Assembly: GCA_963808625.1 (NCBI GenBank)
Contig: CAWEHK010000013.1
Coordinates: forward strand, 1 to 47,746
Reading direction: 5' to 3'
Length of the DNA stretch: 47,746 nucleotides
Origin: an uncultured delta proteobacterium
GTDB taxonomy: Bacteria > Desulfobacterota > Syntrophobacteria > Syntrophobacterales > Syntrophobacteraceae
Numbering within the stretch: the stretch's first letter is position 1; the number at the start of each line of letters is the position of its first letter. Below are positions 22,715-34,885 of this stretch, piece by piece. The translations under genes were made by a program, and so were the position numbers. Below the pieces are notes generated by a model, which was not told where the DNA came from, did not search any database, and saw nothing but the letters and a program-made list of their open reading frames with translations.

Positions 22715-25324
22715 TCAAGAAGTGGAGGCAAGGCAGGCGAGCAGTTTTTCGCGAATGTTTTCATGTGCTTCCGCATCAATCAGTTTATTCCCACTCAGGT
22801 CCGTTACATAAAAGATATCCGCAACCTGTGCCCCGGGAGTCGAGATCTTGGCCAACTGGATGGAGATACTCAATTCGAAGAGGGTATTGGTTATGGCATG
22901 GAGGACTCCCGGGCCGGTCCCAGGTATACACTTCGATAATGGTGTAAAAGTCCGACGCCTCTTCATCGACGACCACTTGTCTTCTTTGCGCGGCAAGCCT
23001 TTCTGTTGCAGCAGGGAAGGCTTCCGCTTGTCGGCAAGGAGCTCATCCAGGTAAGCGCGCATCCGTCGAGAGACCGGACCAGGTCATGCTCGACTTTTCC
23101 CATAATTCTTCGGGATGCAGTGGATCGGGCAAACGCTCGACCAGCAGCACGTCGAGGGCGATTCCGGACTCCCGGGTAAAGATGTCTGCAGAAAGGATAT
23201 TCAAGCCCGCGAAGCCAGAGCACCCCCGTGATGACGGCAAAGAGTCCCGGGCGATCCCGCGTCGCCACCGTAAGCTGCCACATTTCTCCTTCCATCTCCC
23301 GGCGTCATGAGCACCAGGGAGGACGCGCGGCCAGTTCCTGCTCCATCCCGTAGTGCTGCAGGATTGCCTCGGGAGATTGCGACAGGAGGTAGCGAAAAGA
23401 CAACCCGTCCAGCCAGCGGACCAGCCTTTCCCGGTCAAGGGCCGTACCCGCCAGCGCGAGCACCTTCTTCTGGATTTCTTCCGAACGTTGCTGCAGGTCC
23501 TCTCCCTGCCAATCTCCCCGGACCAGCATGCGGTCGACCTTGTCGTAGAGCTCCCTCAGCAGCGATGCCTTCCAGGCGCTCCAGGCCCCCGGCCCGGTGG
23601 CCCGGGAATCCGCTATGGTCAGCAGGAAGAGCATTCGCAGCCGTTCCCGGTCTCGCGATGGTGACCGCACATTGCAAAATGGGCTTCTCATCCATGAGGT
23701 CGCGCTTTAAGGCGGTTTCGGCAAGAAGGAGATGGTGTTCCACCAGAAAGCAGAGCAGTTCCGTTTCCTCGGGATCGAGGCCGAAGCGTTCCGCGATGTT
23801 CCGGACCATGGGGCACACCCCGAATGGCGTGATTCTTGCCCTGGCCCTTGCCGATATCGTGAAGCAGTCCGGCCAGGTAAAGGATGCGCCGATGTTCGAG
23901 CCCCGACAAAGAGTTCGGCAGCCGAGCGTCGGCAAGGCCTTGATCCTGATTCTGTTCCATGCGATGCAGTTCGCGGACCGTTCGCAACAAGGTGCTCATC
24001 GACCGTATAGAGGTGATAGACATCGTGCTGCACCCGGAAGCGCACCGCCACAAATTCCGGCAGGAAGGCATCCAGAAAGCCGGTCTCCAGCATGACCTTG
24101 AGCACGGGAAAGGCCTGTCGCGGATGGGGCAGGATGTCAAAGAACTGCTTCACCACCTGCGGGTCTCTCCTGGCGTGCATCGGTGAAGGCCCCCAGGTTT
24201 TCGCGAATGACGCCGCCGGTCTGATGGTGGAAATGGGCATCGGTTTGAGCGGCCTGCCAGAAGAACTGCATGAGCAGCCGGGGTCTTTTCTGATCCAGTC
24301 GGGCTCCAGGAAATGAAGATGCGCGCCGTCGAGGAGAAAAGGGCCGGGCAGGATGCGGCGGCTGCAAGCGCAGGCGGGGAAATTTCTCTGCCGTTTTCCT
24401 CGAGGCGTTCGAGAAAGAAGGTCGTGGTGCGCCGGATGCGCGCCGTGTGGCGGTAGTAGAGGCGCATGAAGGCTTCGACGGCCAGACCCTGCTGACTATC
24501 TGAATATCCCAGGCGGGCGGCAACCAGTTCCTGTTCCGGGAACAGCAACTGGTCCTGACGCCGCCCCGTCAACTGGTGGAGCTGCAGCCGCACGCGCCAA
24601 AGGAAATCATAGGCCTGCTCCAGCCAGAGGACCTCCTGTCGCGCCAGCCACTCGCGCTCCATCATGGCGTCGAGGTCCGTGTCATGCAAAAAGACCATGC
24701 CGGCCCAGCGGATGATGTGCAGGTCCCGCAGCCCGCCGACTCCTTCTTTAACGTGGGGTTCCAGCAGATAGGAGGTTTCCCCGTATTGCTGAAGCCTCGC
24801 TTCACGATATTTATGAGACTCTGCAGGAATCGCCGCCGCCGCTGCGCGCCAAAGCTCTTCAAAAACGCCTGGCGCCAGCCGTTGTAAAAGCTCCTCATCG
24901 CCGGCGACGAAGCCTGATTCCAGGTAACTGGTAAGGATCGAGAAGTCTTCCTGGACCAGCCGCTTGGCCTCGGAAACCGACGCCGTGGCATGCCCCACCT
25001 CAAAGCCTTCATCCCAGAAGCCGTAGGTGAGCTCGCGGATGATATCCTGGAGCGAGGGCAGAGCCGGTTGTGATAGAGGAAAAGAAGGTCCAGGTCGGAG
25101 GCAAAACTGAGCTCACCCCGGCCAAACCCGCCCACCGCCGCCAGGCACCAGCCATCATGGGGAATCGCCGCCCCCTGCAAAGCAGCCCGAGCTGCGCCAG
25201 GAAAGCTCTCCGCATAGGTGCGCGCCGCGAGCAAACCGGGAACATCGTTCCGAGACGTCTCCAGAAACGCCTGGCGAAGGTCCTTCAGTTTCCGGAGCAG
25301 GTGCGAGAAGCTCTTTTGCACCAT
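22715..25324 (-). CDS. glnD: [Protein-PII] uridylyltransferase, heavily frameshifted
   Basis: AVGGFGRGELSFASDLDLL, EPHVKEGVGGLRDLH, QHDVYHLYTVDEH, LLHDIGKG, two ACT domains (DRPGL). Confidence 0.92.
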
Positions 25325-25329
25325 GTATT

Positions 25330-25612
25330 GGCTCTTGGTTGATGGTTGATGGTTGATGGTTGATGGTTGATGGTGGTTAGTTCTTGGCACCGGGTTCTTG
25401 GTTCTTGGCTCTCAGTTTCAGTTCCTGGTTGATGGATGGTTAGCTCCTGGCTGTTGGCCCTTGCTTCTCGCTTGCCGCGCCTCAGCCACCATCACTGCCA
25501 CCGTTCCCCCACCAGTTTTCACCGACAGCTGCTCACTCGCCACTCCTCACGGGCCATTTACTCACTGACCACTGATAACTGACCACTCGCCACTTTCACT
25601 TTTCACTCTTCG
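25330..25612. repeat. Heptamer arrays (TGGTTGA)n and (CACTGAC/TTTTCAC)n in the glnB-glnD spacer
   Basis: Direct reading. Confidence 0.8.
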
Positions 25613-25617
25613 CCACC

Positions 25618-26224
<607 letters not shown>

Positions 26225-27868
26225 TCACCCCTCCCTATACCCATGGGCAATCGGGTTGCGCCGGCCGATGCCGAAGGCCTTGGTGGTCACTCGGAGGATC
26301 GGCGGGGCCTGCCACCGCTTGTATTCGTTGCGGTCGACGTGCTTGATCACCCAGCGGACCAGTTCGGCATCCCAGCCCTGAGCGATGATTTCTTCAGCCG
26401 GCAGGCGCTTTTCCACGTAGGCCGCCAGGATGGCATCGAGCACTTCATAGGGAGGCAGAGTGTCCTGGTCGGTCTGATTGGGGCGCAGTTCCGCCGAAGG
26501 GGCCCTGGTGAGAATGCGCTTCGGGAATCCATTGATGTTGTTCATTCAGCTTGCGGGCCAGTTCATAGACCATCGTCTTCGGCACGTCACCGATGACCGC
26601 CAGACCGCCGTTCATGTCCCCATAGAGGGTGCAGTAACCTACGGCCATCTCCGACTTGTTGCCGGTGCTCAGGAGCAGCCGATTGAATTTGTTGGAGAGG
26701 GACATCAGGATCAGACCGCGGAGGCGGGCCTGGAGGTTTTCTTCCGTGACATCCGGAGGCACATTGGCGAACACGGGGGCAAGCGTCCTGAGGGCTGCCT
26801 CGAACAGGTCGCCGATGGGCACCACCTCAAAGGCAATCCCCAGGCGCATCGCCAGTTCCCGAGCATCGTCGAGGCTTTCCGGAGCATTGTAGGGACCCGG
26901 CATTCCCACTCCCAGCACATTCTCTGCACCCAGCGCCAGGGCCGCAAGGCAGACGACGAGGGCCGAATCCACGCCCCCGCTCAAGCCCACGACGGCTTTT
27001 TGAAAGCCGTTTTTGCGCGCATAGTCCCGCAGCCCCAGCACCAGGGCTTCGATCACTTCGGTCGGCGGGACCCAGGTCCGAATGGTGGAAATCGCCCTGG
27101 CGAGTTTTGGTGTCGTATACGATGAGGTCTTCTTTAAAATCAGCCCCGCAGGCAACGAGTTTTCCCGTCTGATCATAGACCATGCTGTGGCCATGGAAGA
27201 TCAATTCGTCATTGCCGCCGACCTGGTTCACATAAATCACCTGCATCTTCAAGTGCGCCGCCTGGGTTCGCAGGAGCTCGCTCGCCCAGGACGCCTTGCC
27301 CACATGATAGGGAGATGCGGAGATATTGATCAGGACCTCGACCCCGGCCTTCCGCAGTTCGCTCATGGGATCGCAATGGTAGAGCGGCCGCGGGCAGGTA
27401 ATCGGCAACGTTCCAGATATCTTCACAGACCGTCAAGCCCAGGCGCTCTCCCCTGAAGTCGATCCACCCGGTGCAATCTCCCGGTTCAAAATAGCGCTCT
27501 TCGTCAAAGACATCGTAGGACGGAAGGAGGCGCTTATGAAAATGGGTAACCAGCTTGCCGTCGGCAAAAAAGAGGGCGGTATTGTGAAAAGGCTTGCCGG
27601 GCACGCTCTCGTTTTCCGACACCGCGCCGCAAACCACGCCGATGCCCGAACTCGCTTCCCGGATCTGCGGCCAGTATTCCTTGCTCGCCCGCATAAAGCT
27701 GGGTTTGTCGAGGAGGTCCCGCGGGGGATACCCGATAAGCGCCATTTCGGGAAATACCGCCAGATCGCAGCGTTCACTCCTGGCCCGCGCAATGAAATCG
27801 CAGATCTTCTTCGCGTTTCCGGAAAAATCTCCGATATAGGGATCGATCTGTACTAACGCTACTCGCAT
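26225..27868 (-). CDS. nadE: Glutamine-dependent NAD+ synthetase (about three frameshifts)
   Basis: Nitrilase domain ([22 protein letters not shown]) plus [32 protein letters not shown]. Confidence 0.93.
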
Positions 27869-27968
27869 CCTTCATGTCCCGTATTTACAGCAGTGGCGGC
27901 CGGTTCTGCGCTCGCCGCGCCATGAGCATAACCGCTGCCCCTCGCCGGACCACCGGTCAGTACCATTA

Positions 27969-27984
27969 AGCAAAATCCGTTCCA
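27969..27984 (-). promoter_or_regulatory. sigma54 (-24/-12) promoter upstream of nadE-glnB-glnD
   Basis: TGGAACGGATTTTGCT: GG-N10-GC with TTGC, 100 nt upstream of nadE. Confidence 0.8.
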
Positions 27985-28416
27985 CCATCTTTAGACGCAC
28001 CCACGGAATCCCATGAAGAGGTCACCAGCAGCACCACGCCCAGCAGAAAGGGAGCACCGGTTTCCCTCTTCCCTCAAAACACCCCGGCACAAAAACGTCC
28101 CCCCTCCATCCGAAATCTTTCATGTGTATTTCGTGGTCAAAAGAAATCTCCCCTCCCCCCATCCACAATCCACATCCCGCATCCAAATCCGAAATCCGAA
28201 TCCAGTCTCCTATAAGCCTCCCACCAATTCACACGAAGACCATCGAAGATCACACGAATCCACTACACAATTCCGAAATCAGAAATCTGCTCCTGTCTCC
28301 GCCTCCCGCCTCCTAACTCCTACACTCCTGACTCCTACTCCTATCTCCTGCACTCCTGCCTACTCCTCCTACTCTCCTGCTCTCCTACTCCTGCCTCCTG
28401 TCTCCTGTCCCTCCTC

Positions 28417-29964
28417 TCAAGATGGCACCTTAGCCCGAAACCGCCGCGGGTCGACGCCATACTTGCCGACTTTATACTGAATGATCCGCTTGGTGGTGCC
28501 GAGCAGGCGCGCCGCCTGGGACTGGTTCCCGCGCACGTCCTTGAGGGCGTCGGTAATGAGGTCCCGCTCGAACGCGCCGACGAGGGCTTCCAGCTTGCCG
28601 CGACTGACTTTTTGCATCTCTTCCGGCTTCATTTGCAGCGTCGGCGGAAGCTGGCGGGCTTCGATGGACTCCCCGGTGGCGAGCAGCACCGCGCGTTCGA
28701 TGCAGTTTTCGAGCTCCCGGACATTGCCGGGCCAATGGTAGGACATGAGGAGATCAATCGCGCTCGTCGCGATGCGTTTCACATCCTTGCCGAATTCCTG
28801 GGCGTACTTGAGCACGAAGAAATCGGCCAGCAGCAGGATATCGGGCCCGCGTTCGCGCAGAGGCGGGAGGAAGATCGGGAACACATTGAGGCGGTAAAAG
28901 AGGTCGGAACGGAAGTTGACGGCGGCCACTTCCTTTTCGAGGTCCTTATTGGTGGCGGCGATGACGCGGACATCCACCTTCACCATGCGGGACGATCCCA
29001 GGGGCTGAAACTCGCGGTCCTGGAGGACGCGGAGCAGCTTGGCCTGGGCGATGGGGGAGAGCTCCCCCACTTCATCCAGAAAGATGGTCCCGCCCTGGGC
29101 TTCCTCGAAGCGGCCCCGCCTCCTCATGATGGCGCCGGTGAAGGCCCCCTTCTCGTGCCCGAAGAGCTCGCTTTCGAGCAGCGTGTCGGGCATGGCCGCG
29201 CAATTGACCTGGATGAGCGGGCCGTCATGGCGCCGGCTGTTGTCGTGGATCGCCCGGGCCACCAATTCCTTGCCCGTCCCGGTTTCGCCATGGATGAGGA
29301 CGGTGGTGTTGGTGTCGGCCACCTGGTCGATCAGGCGCAGCACTTCCTGGATGACTTTGGAGCGGCCGATGATGCTCGTCTTGGGGCGTTTCGCCTGGGC
29401 CAGCATGCGGCGCAGGCGGCGGTTTTCCTCTTCGATGACCCGAAAATGGACGACCTTCCCGAGCAATTCGGCAACGGCGCTGAGAATCTCGACCTCGCGG
29501 TCCAGGTCGTCGACCTGGTGCGCCAGTTTGTCGGCCGAGAGCACCCCCACGGCCCGTTGCTGGTAGAAGATGGGCACGCAGAGAAAGGCCAGTTCGTCGC
29601 GATTGAGCGTGCGCCGCGCCCCGGTGCGATCCAGGAAGAGCGTCTCGTCCCGGAGGTTGGCAATGGCCAGAGGACGCCCCGTCTGGGCCACCTTGCCGGT
29701 GATGCCTTCGCCCGGCTGATAGGAGATCTTCCCGGCCTCGACATCCACCCCGCTGGCGACATCCAGCGAGGCCTTGCCGGTTTGCAGGTCAAGGATGGAA
29801 ATCATCCCCCGTTCCATGCCCAGCCACGTGCTGAGGATGTCCAGCGTCTGCTGGAGCTGGTCCTTCAGCTCGTCCGGCCGCGCCAGCACCCGGGCAATTT
29901 CATGCAGCGCCCGCAATTCCAGGTAACCAAAATGTGCACTCGTCGTCGTTGTCAAGTTCTCCAT
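28417..29964 (-). CDS. NifA-like GAF-AAA+-Fis HTH sigma54 activator
   Basis: GAF ([12 protein letters not shown]), [43 protein letters not shown]. Confidence 0.92.
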   Translation of the reverse strand: MENLTTTTSAHFGYLELRALHEIARVLARPDELKDQLQQTLDILSTWLGMERGMISILDLQTGKASLDVASGVDVEAGKISYQPGEGITGKVAQTGRPLAIANLRDETLFLDRTGARRTLNRDELAFLCVPIFYQQRAVGVLSADKLAHQVDDLDREVEILSAVAELLGKVVHFRVIEEENRRLRRMLAQAKRPKTSIIGRSKVIQEVLRLIDQVADTNTTVLIHGETGTGKELVARAIHDNSRRHDGPLIQVNCAAMPDTLLESELFGHEKGAFTGAIMRRRGRFEEAQGGTIFLDEVGELSPIAQAKLLRVLQDREFQPLGSSRMVKVDVRVIAATNKDLEKEVAAVNFRSDLFYRLNVFPIFLPPLRERGPDILLLADFFVLKYAQEFGKDVKRIATSAIDLLMSYHWPGNVRELENCIERAVLLATGESIEARQLPPTLQMKPEEMQKVSRGKLEALVGAFERDLITDALKDVRGNQSQAARLLGTTKRIIQYKVGKYGVDPRRFRAKVPS

Positions 29965-30208
29965 TCCCTTCAGTTGTCCACGGCGTTGATACCGCATTAT
30001 GACAAAAATGTCACGAATTAGTTGTGATGCTGAAGTTACCGGGTGGCTCTCCTGTCCCAGAGTATCGCGGCAGGCTCTGCCCTCTGTGAAATAGTTGTGT
30101 TGCGACAGCATCTCTGATATAGGTAAGACCAAACAAGAGGCCGAGGCTCTATCTGCCGCGCTGGTTTGCTGGGGTGCAGTTCATCTTCCTTCACTTTTGG
30201 ACTCAGCC

Positions 30209-31393
30209 ATGCCGTTGAATCTGCTCAGAGCTCCTCAAAAACGCAATGTTCTTATTGCCGTAGCCGGTCAAACCCCAGCCATTATCATGGAGACCCTATG
30301 GGCTTTCGAACAGCAGCGAGGCACTCCCATCGATGAAATCCGGGTGATCACCACTGCCGTGGGCCATCGCAGAGTTGTCAGTGATCTCTTGGGTGAAGGG
30401 GGCCAGTTTGCCCGGTATTGCCTGGATTACCGCATTCCCGCCGGGCGCATCGCCTTCTCCGAGAAACACGTTCACCTCCTCAAAGATGGAAAAGGTCGCG
30501 CGCTCGAGGACATCAGGAACAGCGCTGACAACGATGCGGCTGCTAATCAGATTTTTGCACTGGTTCAGGAATGGTGCCGGAGGAGTGATGAAGCCCTGTT
30601 CTGCTCAATCGCCGGAGGCCGCAAGACGATGGGCGTTTACCTGGCCATGTCTCTCATGCTCTGCGGCCGCTCCTGGGACTCACTTTCCCATGTTCTGGTG
30701 GCGCCGGAATTCGAGACGGGTGTTCCCGACTTTTTCTACCCTCCCCCACAGCGGTGCTCGTATCAGCGCCTTGCAGGTTACGATTCAGAGCGCAAAGCAA
30801 TCCATGAAACCATCTCTTCCGAGCAAGCCAGAGTAGAACTGGCCGATATTCGCTTTCCCGCCCTCTCCGAGTTGATTGGCGGTGGACTCCCCCTCGAACT
30901 GGGGTTCACCAATGCCGTATCACGATCTCAGCTCATTCTCGCCTGTCTGCAGTCGCCCCCTCTGCTCATTTTGTACCTGCAAACGGGCCAGGTCACGCTG
31001 GGCGGGCTCACTTTCCGCCTCAGCCGGCAGTTGCTGGCCGTGTATGCCTTTTTCCTGCTTGCATTCAACACCGGAAGCTCGGGATATCGACTCGAAGAAT
31101 TGTTTGACCGAAGACTGCTCCTTGCCGACCTTGAACGCCGGATCGATCAGCTCAAAGCAGGAGAACAGGAAACGTATGCCTGGGAAAAGATGCCGGAGCT
31201 CGAAGACTTCCGCGCACGCCTCGGCCCCTGCATCAGCAAGGTTAACCGTGCCATTGACGGCGCTCTCGGGAAGAATCGACTATCTGCTCGCTATCGAATC
31301 AGTACGGGAAAAACTCATCGAGTCGACGTTTCAGAATTTGAGATCCAGGAACCGGATGGCCACCTCTGGCAGCGTCATCAACTGAAATTATAG
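30209..31393 (+). CDS. CRISPR-associated CARF protein, NE0113/Crn1-like (Csx14/Csm6-annotated), with C-terminal winged-helix-like domain
   Basis: LIAVAGQTPAIIMETL, LEDIRN, SIAGGRKTMG, LSHVLV, FFYPP, VELADI; directly upstream of cas6. Confidence 0.8.
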   Translation: MPLNLLRAPQKRNVLIAVAGQTPAIIMETLWAFEQQRGTPIDEIRVITTAVGHRRVVSDLLGEGGQFARYCLDYRIPAGRIAFSEKHVHLLKDGKGRALEDIRNSADNDAAANQIFALVQEWCRRSDEALFCSIAGGRKTMGVYLAMSLMLCGRSWDSLSHVLVAPEFETGVPDFFYPPPQRCSYQRLAGYDSERKAIHETISSEQARVELADIRFPALSELIGGGLPLELGFTNAVSRSQLILACLQSPPLLILYLQTGQVTLGGLTFRLSRQLLAVYAFFLLAFNTGSSGYRLEELFDRRLLLADLERRIDQLKAGEQETYAWEKMPELEDFRARLGPCISKVNRAIDGALGKNRLSARYRISTGKTHRVDVSEFEIQEPDGHLWQRHQLKL

Positions 31394-31577
31394 CAAGTTT
31401 TCCGGCAACATTTCCGGTAACCTTATTTTTTCCACATCCGACGAGAGGGAGGTTAAAAGAATCCCAGATGCCCCGCAGAGTCCTGTGGCGACAGGCTCTC
31501 TTCCCGTCGGCTGCGGCTGAAGGCCAACATGCCTGCAGCCGCGGCGGGGCAGGAGAAGTGCGAGAAACTACAAACCA

Positions 31578-32573
31578 ATGAGCGAGCCAATGTTTGAACA
31601 CTTCAGGGTTGGAAAATTCACTTTTAGATTGCGGGCCCTCTCTGACCTCCATCTTCCCGCATACAAGGGCTCGACCCTTCGAGGCGGCTTCGGCCATGCC
31701 CTCAAGCAGGTGACGTGCGCTCTCAAAAGGCAGGAATGCAGCCAATGCCTGCTCCGCGACCGCTGCGTCTACCTCTACCTCTTCGAAACCCCACCGCCGG
31801 CCGACACCCAAATGATGCGCCTCTATCCCGCCGCTCCGCATCCGTTTGTGATCGAACCACCGCTGAACGACGCCCGCGTTGTGCCGCAAGGGGAAACGCT
31901 GGAGTTCGGGCTGGTGCTGGTGGGGCGGGCGCTGGATCACTTGGCGTACTTTGTATACGCCTTCATTGCCCTCGGAGAGAAGGGCCTCGGCCGAGATCGC
32001 GGGAAGTTCGCCCTGGAACAAATCATCGCAGAAAGCGCTGATGGCCCTGTTACCATCTATCAGGGAGCGCGACGCCTACTCTCTCACACACCAGCATTCC
32101 CGACAAGGGAAGTCATGCAGGGACGTTGCGATGAATTGGCGGAAATCGACGGCCTATCTCTGAACTTCCTCACACCGACCCGCATCAGGTCCGACGAACG
32201 CCTGGTCGAACAACCAGAGTTTCACCACCTTATCAGGGCACTACTGCGCCGCATCTCGATGCTTTCCTATTTCCATTGCAAAAAGAAACTGGATCTGAAC
32301 TTCCGTGGCATCCTGGAAGCTGCACAAGCCATCAAGCGCGTATCCTCTGAATTAAGGTGGTTTGATTGGGATCGCTACTCAAATCGGCAACGACAGCGGA
32401 TGAGCCTTGGAGGATTTATTGGGTCGGTCAGTTACTCTGGCAACTTTGGGGAGCTGCTGCCCTTCATGGTCTGGGGTGAAGTTCTTCATGTTGGGAAGGC
32501 GGCAAGTTTCGGACTGGGTCGTTTTAGGATGCAGGCTTCCGGCCACAACATGAGAACGTTTTCGGAGTCATAA
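31578..32573 (+). CDS. cas6: CRISPR pre-crRNA processing endoribonuclease Cas6
   Basis: GSTLRGGFG, CxxC...C, PHPFVI, FLTPTRI, C-terminal Gly loop HVGKAASFGLG. Confidence 0.92.
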   Translation: MSEPMFEHFRVGKFTFRLRALSDLHLPAYKGSTLRGGFGHALKQVTCALKRQECSQCLLRDRCVYLYLFETPPPADTQMMRLYPAAPHPFVIEPPLNDARVVPQGETLEFGLVLVGRALDHLAYFVYAFIALGEKGLGRDRGKFALEQIIAESADGPVTIYQGARRLLSHTPAFPTREVMQGRCDELAEIDGLSLNFLTPTRIRSDERLVEQPEFHHLIRALLRRISMLSYFHCKKKLDLNFRGILEAAQAIKRVSSELRWFDWDRYSNRQRQRMSLGGFIGSVSYSGNFGELLPFMVWGEVLHVGKAASFGLGRFRMQASGHNMRTFSES

Positions 32574-32698
32574 GGGACTTGAGTTGTCGTACTGGAGAGA
32601 TGACGAGCGAAGATGAGCAAATAGAGGGGATGCACCCACAAATAATCGACGAAGAGTCTGTCTTTCAGTTCATCCCTTTTGAAGGATAGGAGGGGAAA

Positions 32699-33805
32699 GT
32701 GCGAAATGTATTGATCTGCACAGTGGGCACAAGTCTTAAGGGGAATCTCGAGCGTTCGGTATCGAACGAGCACAAAGAGCTTCTCGCCGACAAGAACATA
32801 AAGGGGTTAGTGATCGAATTGGCCAGGCTCGATCCACATAATCGCATCCTCGGTGCAGAGATCAATTCGATCGCGAGCATACTCCAGAAAAGAATGCTTG
32901 CTCACTGTGAAACCCTGTACCTCCTGATCTCTGATACCGAAGATGGTACATTGATTGGCAAGATCCTCAATGAGTATTACCGACGCACCGAGCATCCATG
33001 GCAATTCCGGTCAGTGATCATCCAAGAAATCAAAGGGCTCACTGACAGCTCAGCTCAGCGTTTTCGGACAGAAGGACTGCGCAACCTTGTCAAAGCGATT
33101 GCAAGCGTAGTGACAAAACATGGCTCCAACACCATCCTCATTAATGCCACCGGCGGCTATAAAGCTCAGATTTCCTTTGCCGGAATGATTGGACAAGCTC
33201 TGGAAATTCCTGTGTGCTACCTCTTTGAAAGGTTTTCTGAAGTCATCGAGCTCCCCCCGCAACCCATTTCCATGGACCTGAGTTTTTGGTTGGGTCATGT
33301 TGACATCTTTTTTGATTTGGCAGCGGATGAGGTTATTGGCAATCCTGTCGTTAAAGATGAACGCTTTGCAAGCCTCATTGACGAGATAGAAGTGGACAAT
33401 CAAAAACTTATCGGACTTTCAGCCGTTGGGCAGCTCTTTCACGAGACCTTTCGGCATCGCTTTTGGCAACAGCGGCAGCGCCTCTTGCCGCCTGATGCCG
33501 GCTTGAGGTCAGAAGAGAAAGTCATCAAGTATGAGGACGACAATCCCACAAAGCATCATGGCTTGACGACATGGTTAAAGAAGCTATGCGATATTCCCTA
33601 TGTCGTACGGATATACACGCATTACTTCAATCCGGATCTTCCGGGGCGCAACTACTTCAGACCGTCACGACTCGGCGATGTGTCGCAGATGGAAGGCGGC
33701 TACAGTGACGGAAAGGCCACTACGAAGTTCGATATCGTTACCACTGCAAAAACCAAGGCGCAAAGGGATGCGGCTCTTGCTGACTTGCATGAGCTTTGCC
33801 GGTAG
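32699..33805 (+). CDS. APE2256-family CARF protein with wHTH and a C-terminal putative RelE/DUF2103-like effector (Cami1-like architecture)
   Basis: ICTVGTS, AEINS, SDTEDG, NATGGYKA, YLFERF, ELPP; LSAVGQLF (wHTH end); about 100-aa tail. Confidence 0.75.
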   Translation: MRNVLICTVGTSLKGNLERSVSNEHKELLADKNIKGLVIELARLDPHNRILGAEINSIASILQKRMLAHCETLYLLISDTEDGTLIGKILNEYYRRTEHPWQFRSVIIQEIKGLTDSSAQRFRTEGLRNLVKAIASVVTKHGSNTILINATGGYKAQISFAGMIGQALEIPVCYLFERFSEVIELPPQPISMDLSFWLGHVDIFFDLAADEVIGNPVVKDERFASLIDEIEVDNQKLIGLSAVGQLFHETFRHRFWQQRQRLLPPDAGLRSEEKVIKYEDDNPTKHHGLTTWLKKLCDIPYVVRIYTHYFNPDLPGRNYFRPSRLGDVSQMEGGYSDGKATTKFDIVTTAKTKAQRDAALADLHELCR

Positions 33806-33828
33806 CGAACTCCAAGCTGGGAGGGTAG

Positions 33829-34885
33829 GTGATGAGTTTTTCAATGGCGAGGTTCTACAAACGAGAAAGACTTGAACTTGACTGCGAGGTCGTGACCCCG
33901 ATGTTTTTGGGTGATGCTCGCCAGCAGGCAGACTGGCGCACCGCACCTTTCAAGGGGTTGATCAGATACTGGTGGCGAATAGCCCAGCACGACCAAAAAG
34001 ATAGGAATTCATTGGCCGAGGCAGAGTCTAAGCTGTTTGGCTCCGCGGGCGATCAAAACGAGGAAGGGTGTGGGAAGAGTATGGTTGAAGTAATGATACG
34101 AAGCCATTCAAAACCGGAGGAACGGTGGGAGCCAATAAAGCTGAATGGGATAAGACATCCTGAAAAGGGCACGATAGATCCTCTGCTTTATTTGGCAGGC
34201 ATGGGTCTAATGGAGAAAGGACGCCCAAACATAGGTTCTTTCCTGTTCAGGCCCGGTTTCTGTTAACCATCGTTTACCCTGTCAGCCATGAGAGCGAGCT
34301 GGAGCCAGTATTGCATTCTTCCAAAGCTTCTGGAGCTATAGGAAGTCGCTGTAGAAACGGATGGGGTAGCTTTCAGGTAGTAACCGGTGGCCTAAGGGTT
34401 GAGCAGACTTCTGCCTGCTTAAAGAAACATACCAGGGACTGGAGGAAGGGCTTTGTCGTGGACTATCCGAACTGCCTTGGAGGTGATGAAAAGGGTTCGC
34501 TCTTGTGGAAGACCAAGCCCAAAGCTTCATGGGCTGAATCGATGGGCGAGCTGGCATACGCGTATGCAAATCTAAGAGCTGGAACGGTTGGAGATATTGC
34601 CAAGTTGAATCCAGGATCAAACAACGGGGCCGACGAACGGCATCTTTTAGGTGTCCCTCTTTTTCACCACCCCGCCTGGGGGAGCTCAGCCAGGCATGCG
34701 TCGCCGCTTCGTTTTGTTGTTCATCGAAAGGAAGGGGAAGCATCACGGCTTTGTCCTCCATTCCTCACAAACATAGTCTTCAGATGCGGCTTCCTAAACA
34801 TATTGACCAAATCAAAGTATGGGAAAAGGTCCATAGGAAATTGGACCTTCTGTTAGAGCGCACCACGTATGAGGAGTGCCTATGA
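33829..34885 (+). CDS. cmr1: Type III-B RAMP Cmr1 (frameshifted)
   Basis: EVVTPMFLG, KGLIRYWWR, ESKLFGS, GAIGSRCRNGWGS, RHASPL. Confidence 0.85.

Noticed and set aside
28417..29964. Calling the activator nifA
   Set aside because: Architecture fits but there are no nif genes in the window, and GAF-AAA-HTH paralogs are common
28612..30021. 469-aa plus-strand ORF
   Set aside because: Antisense shadow of the sigma54 activator
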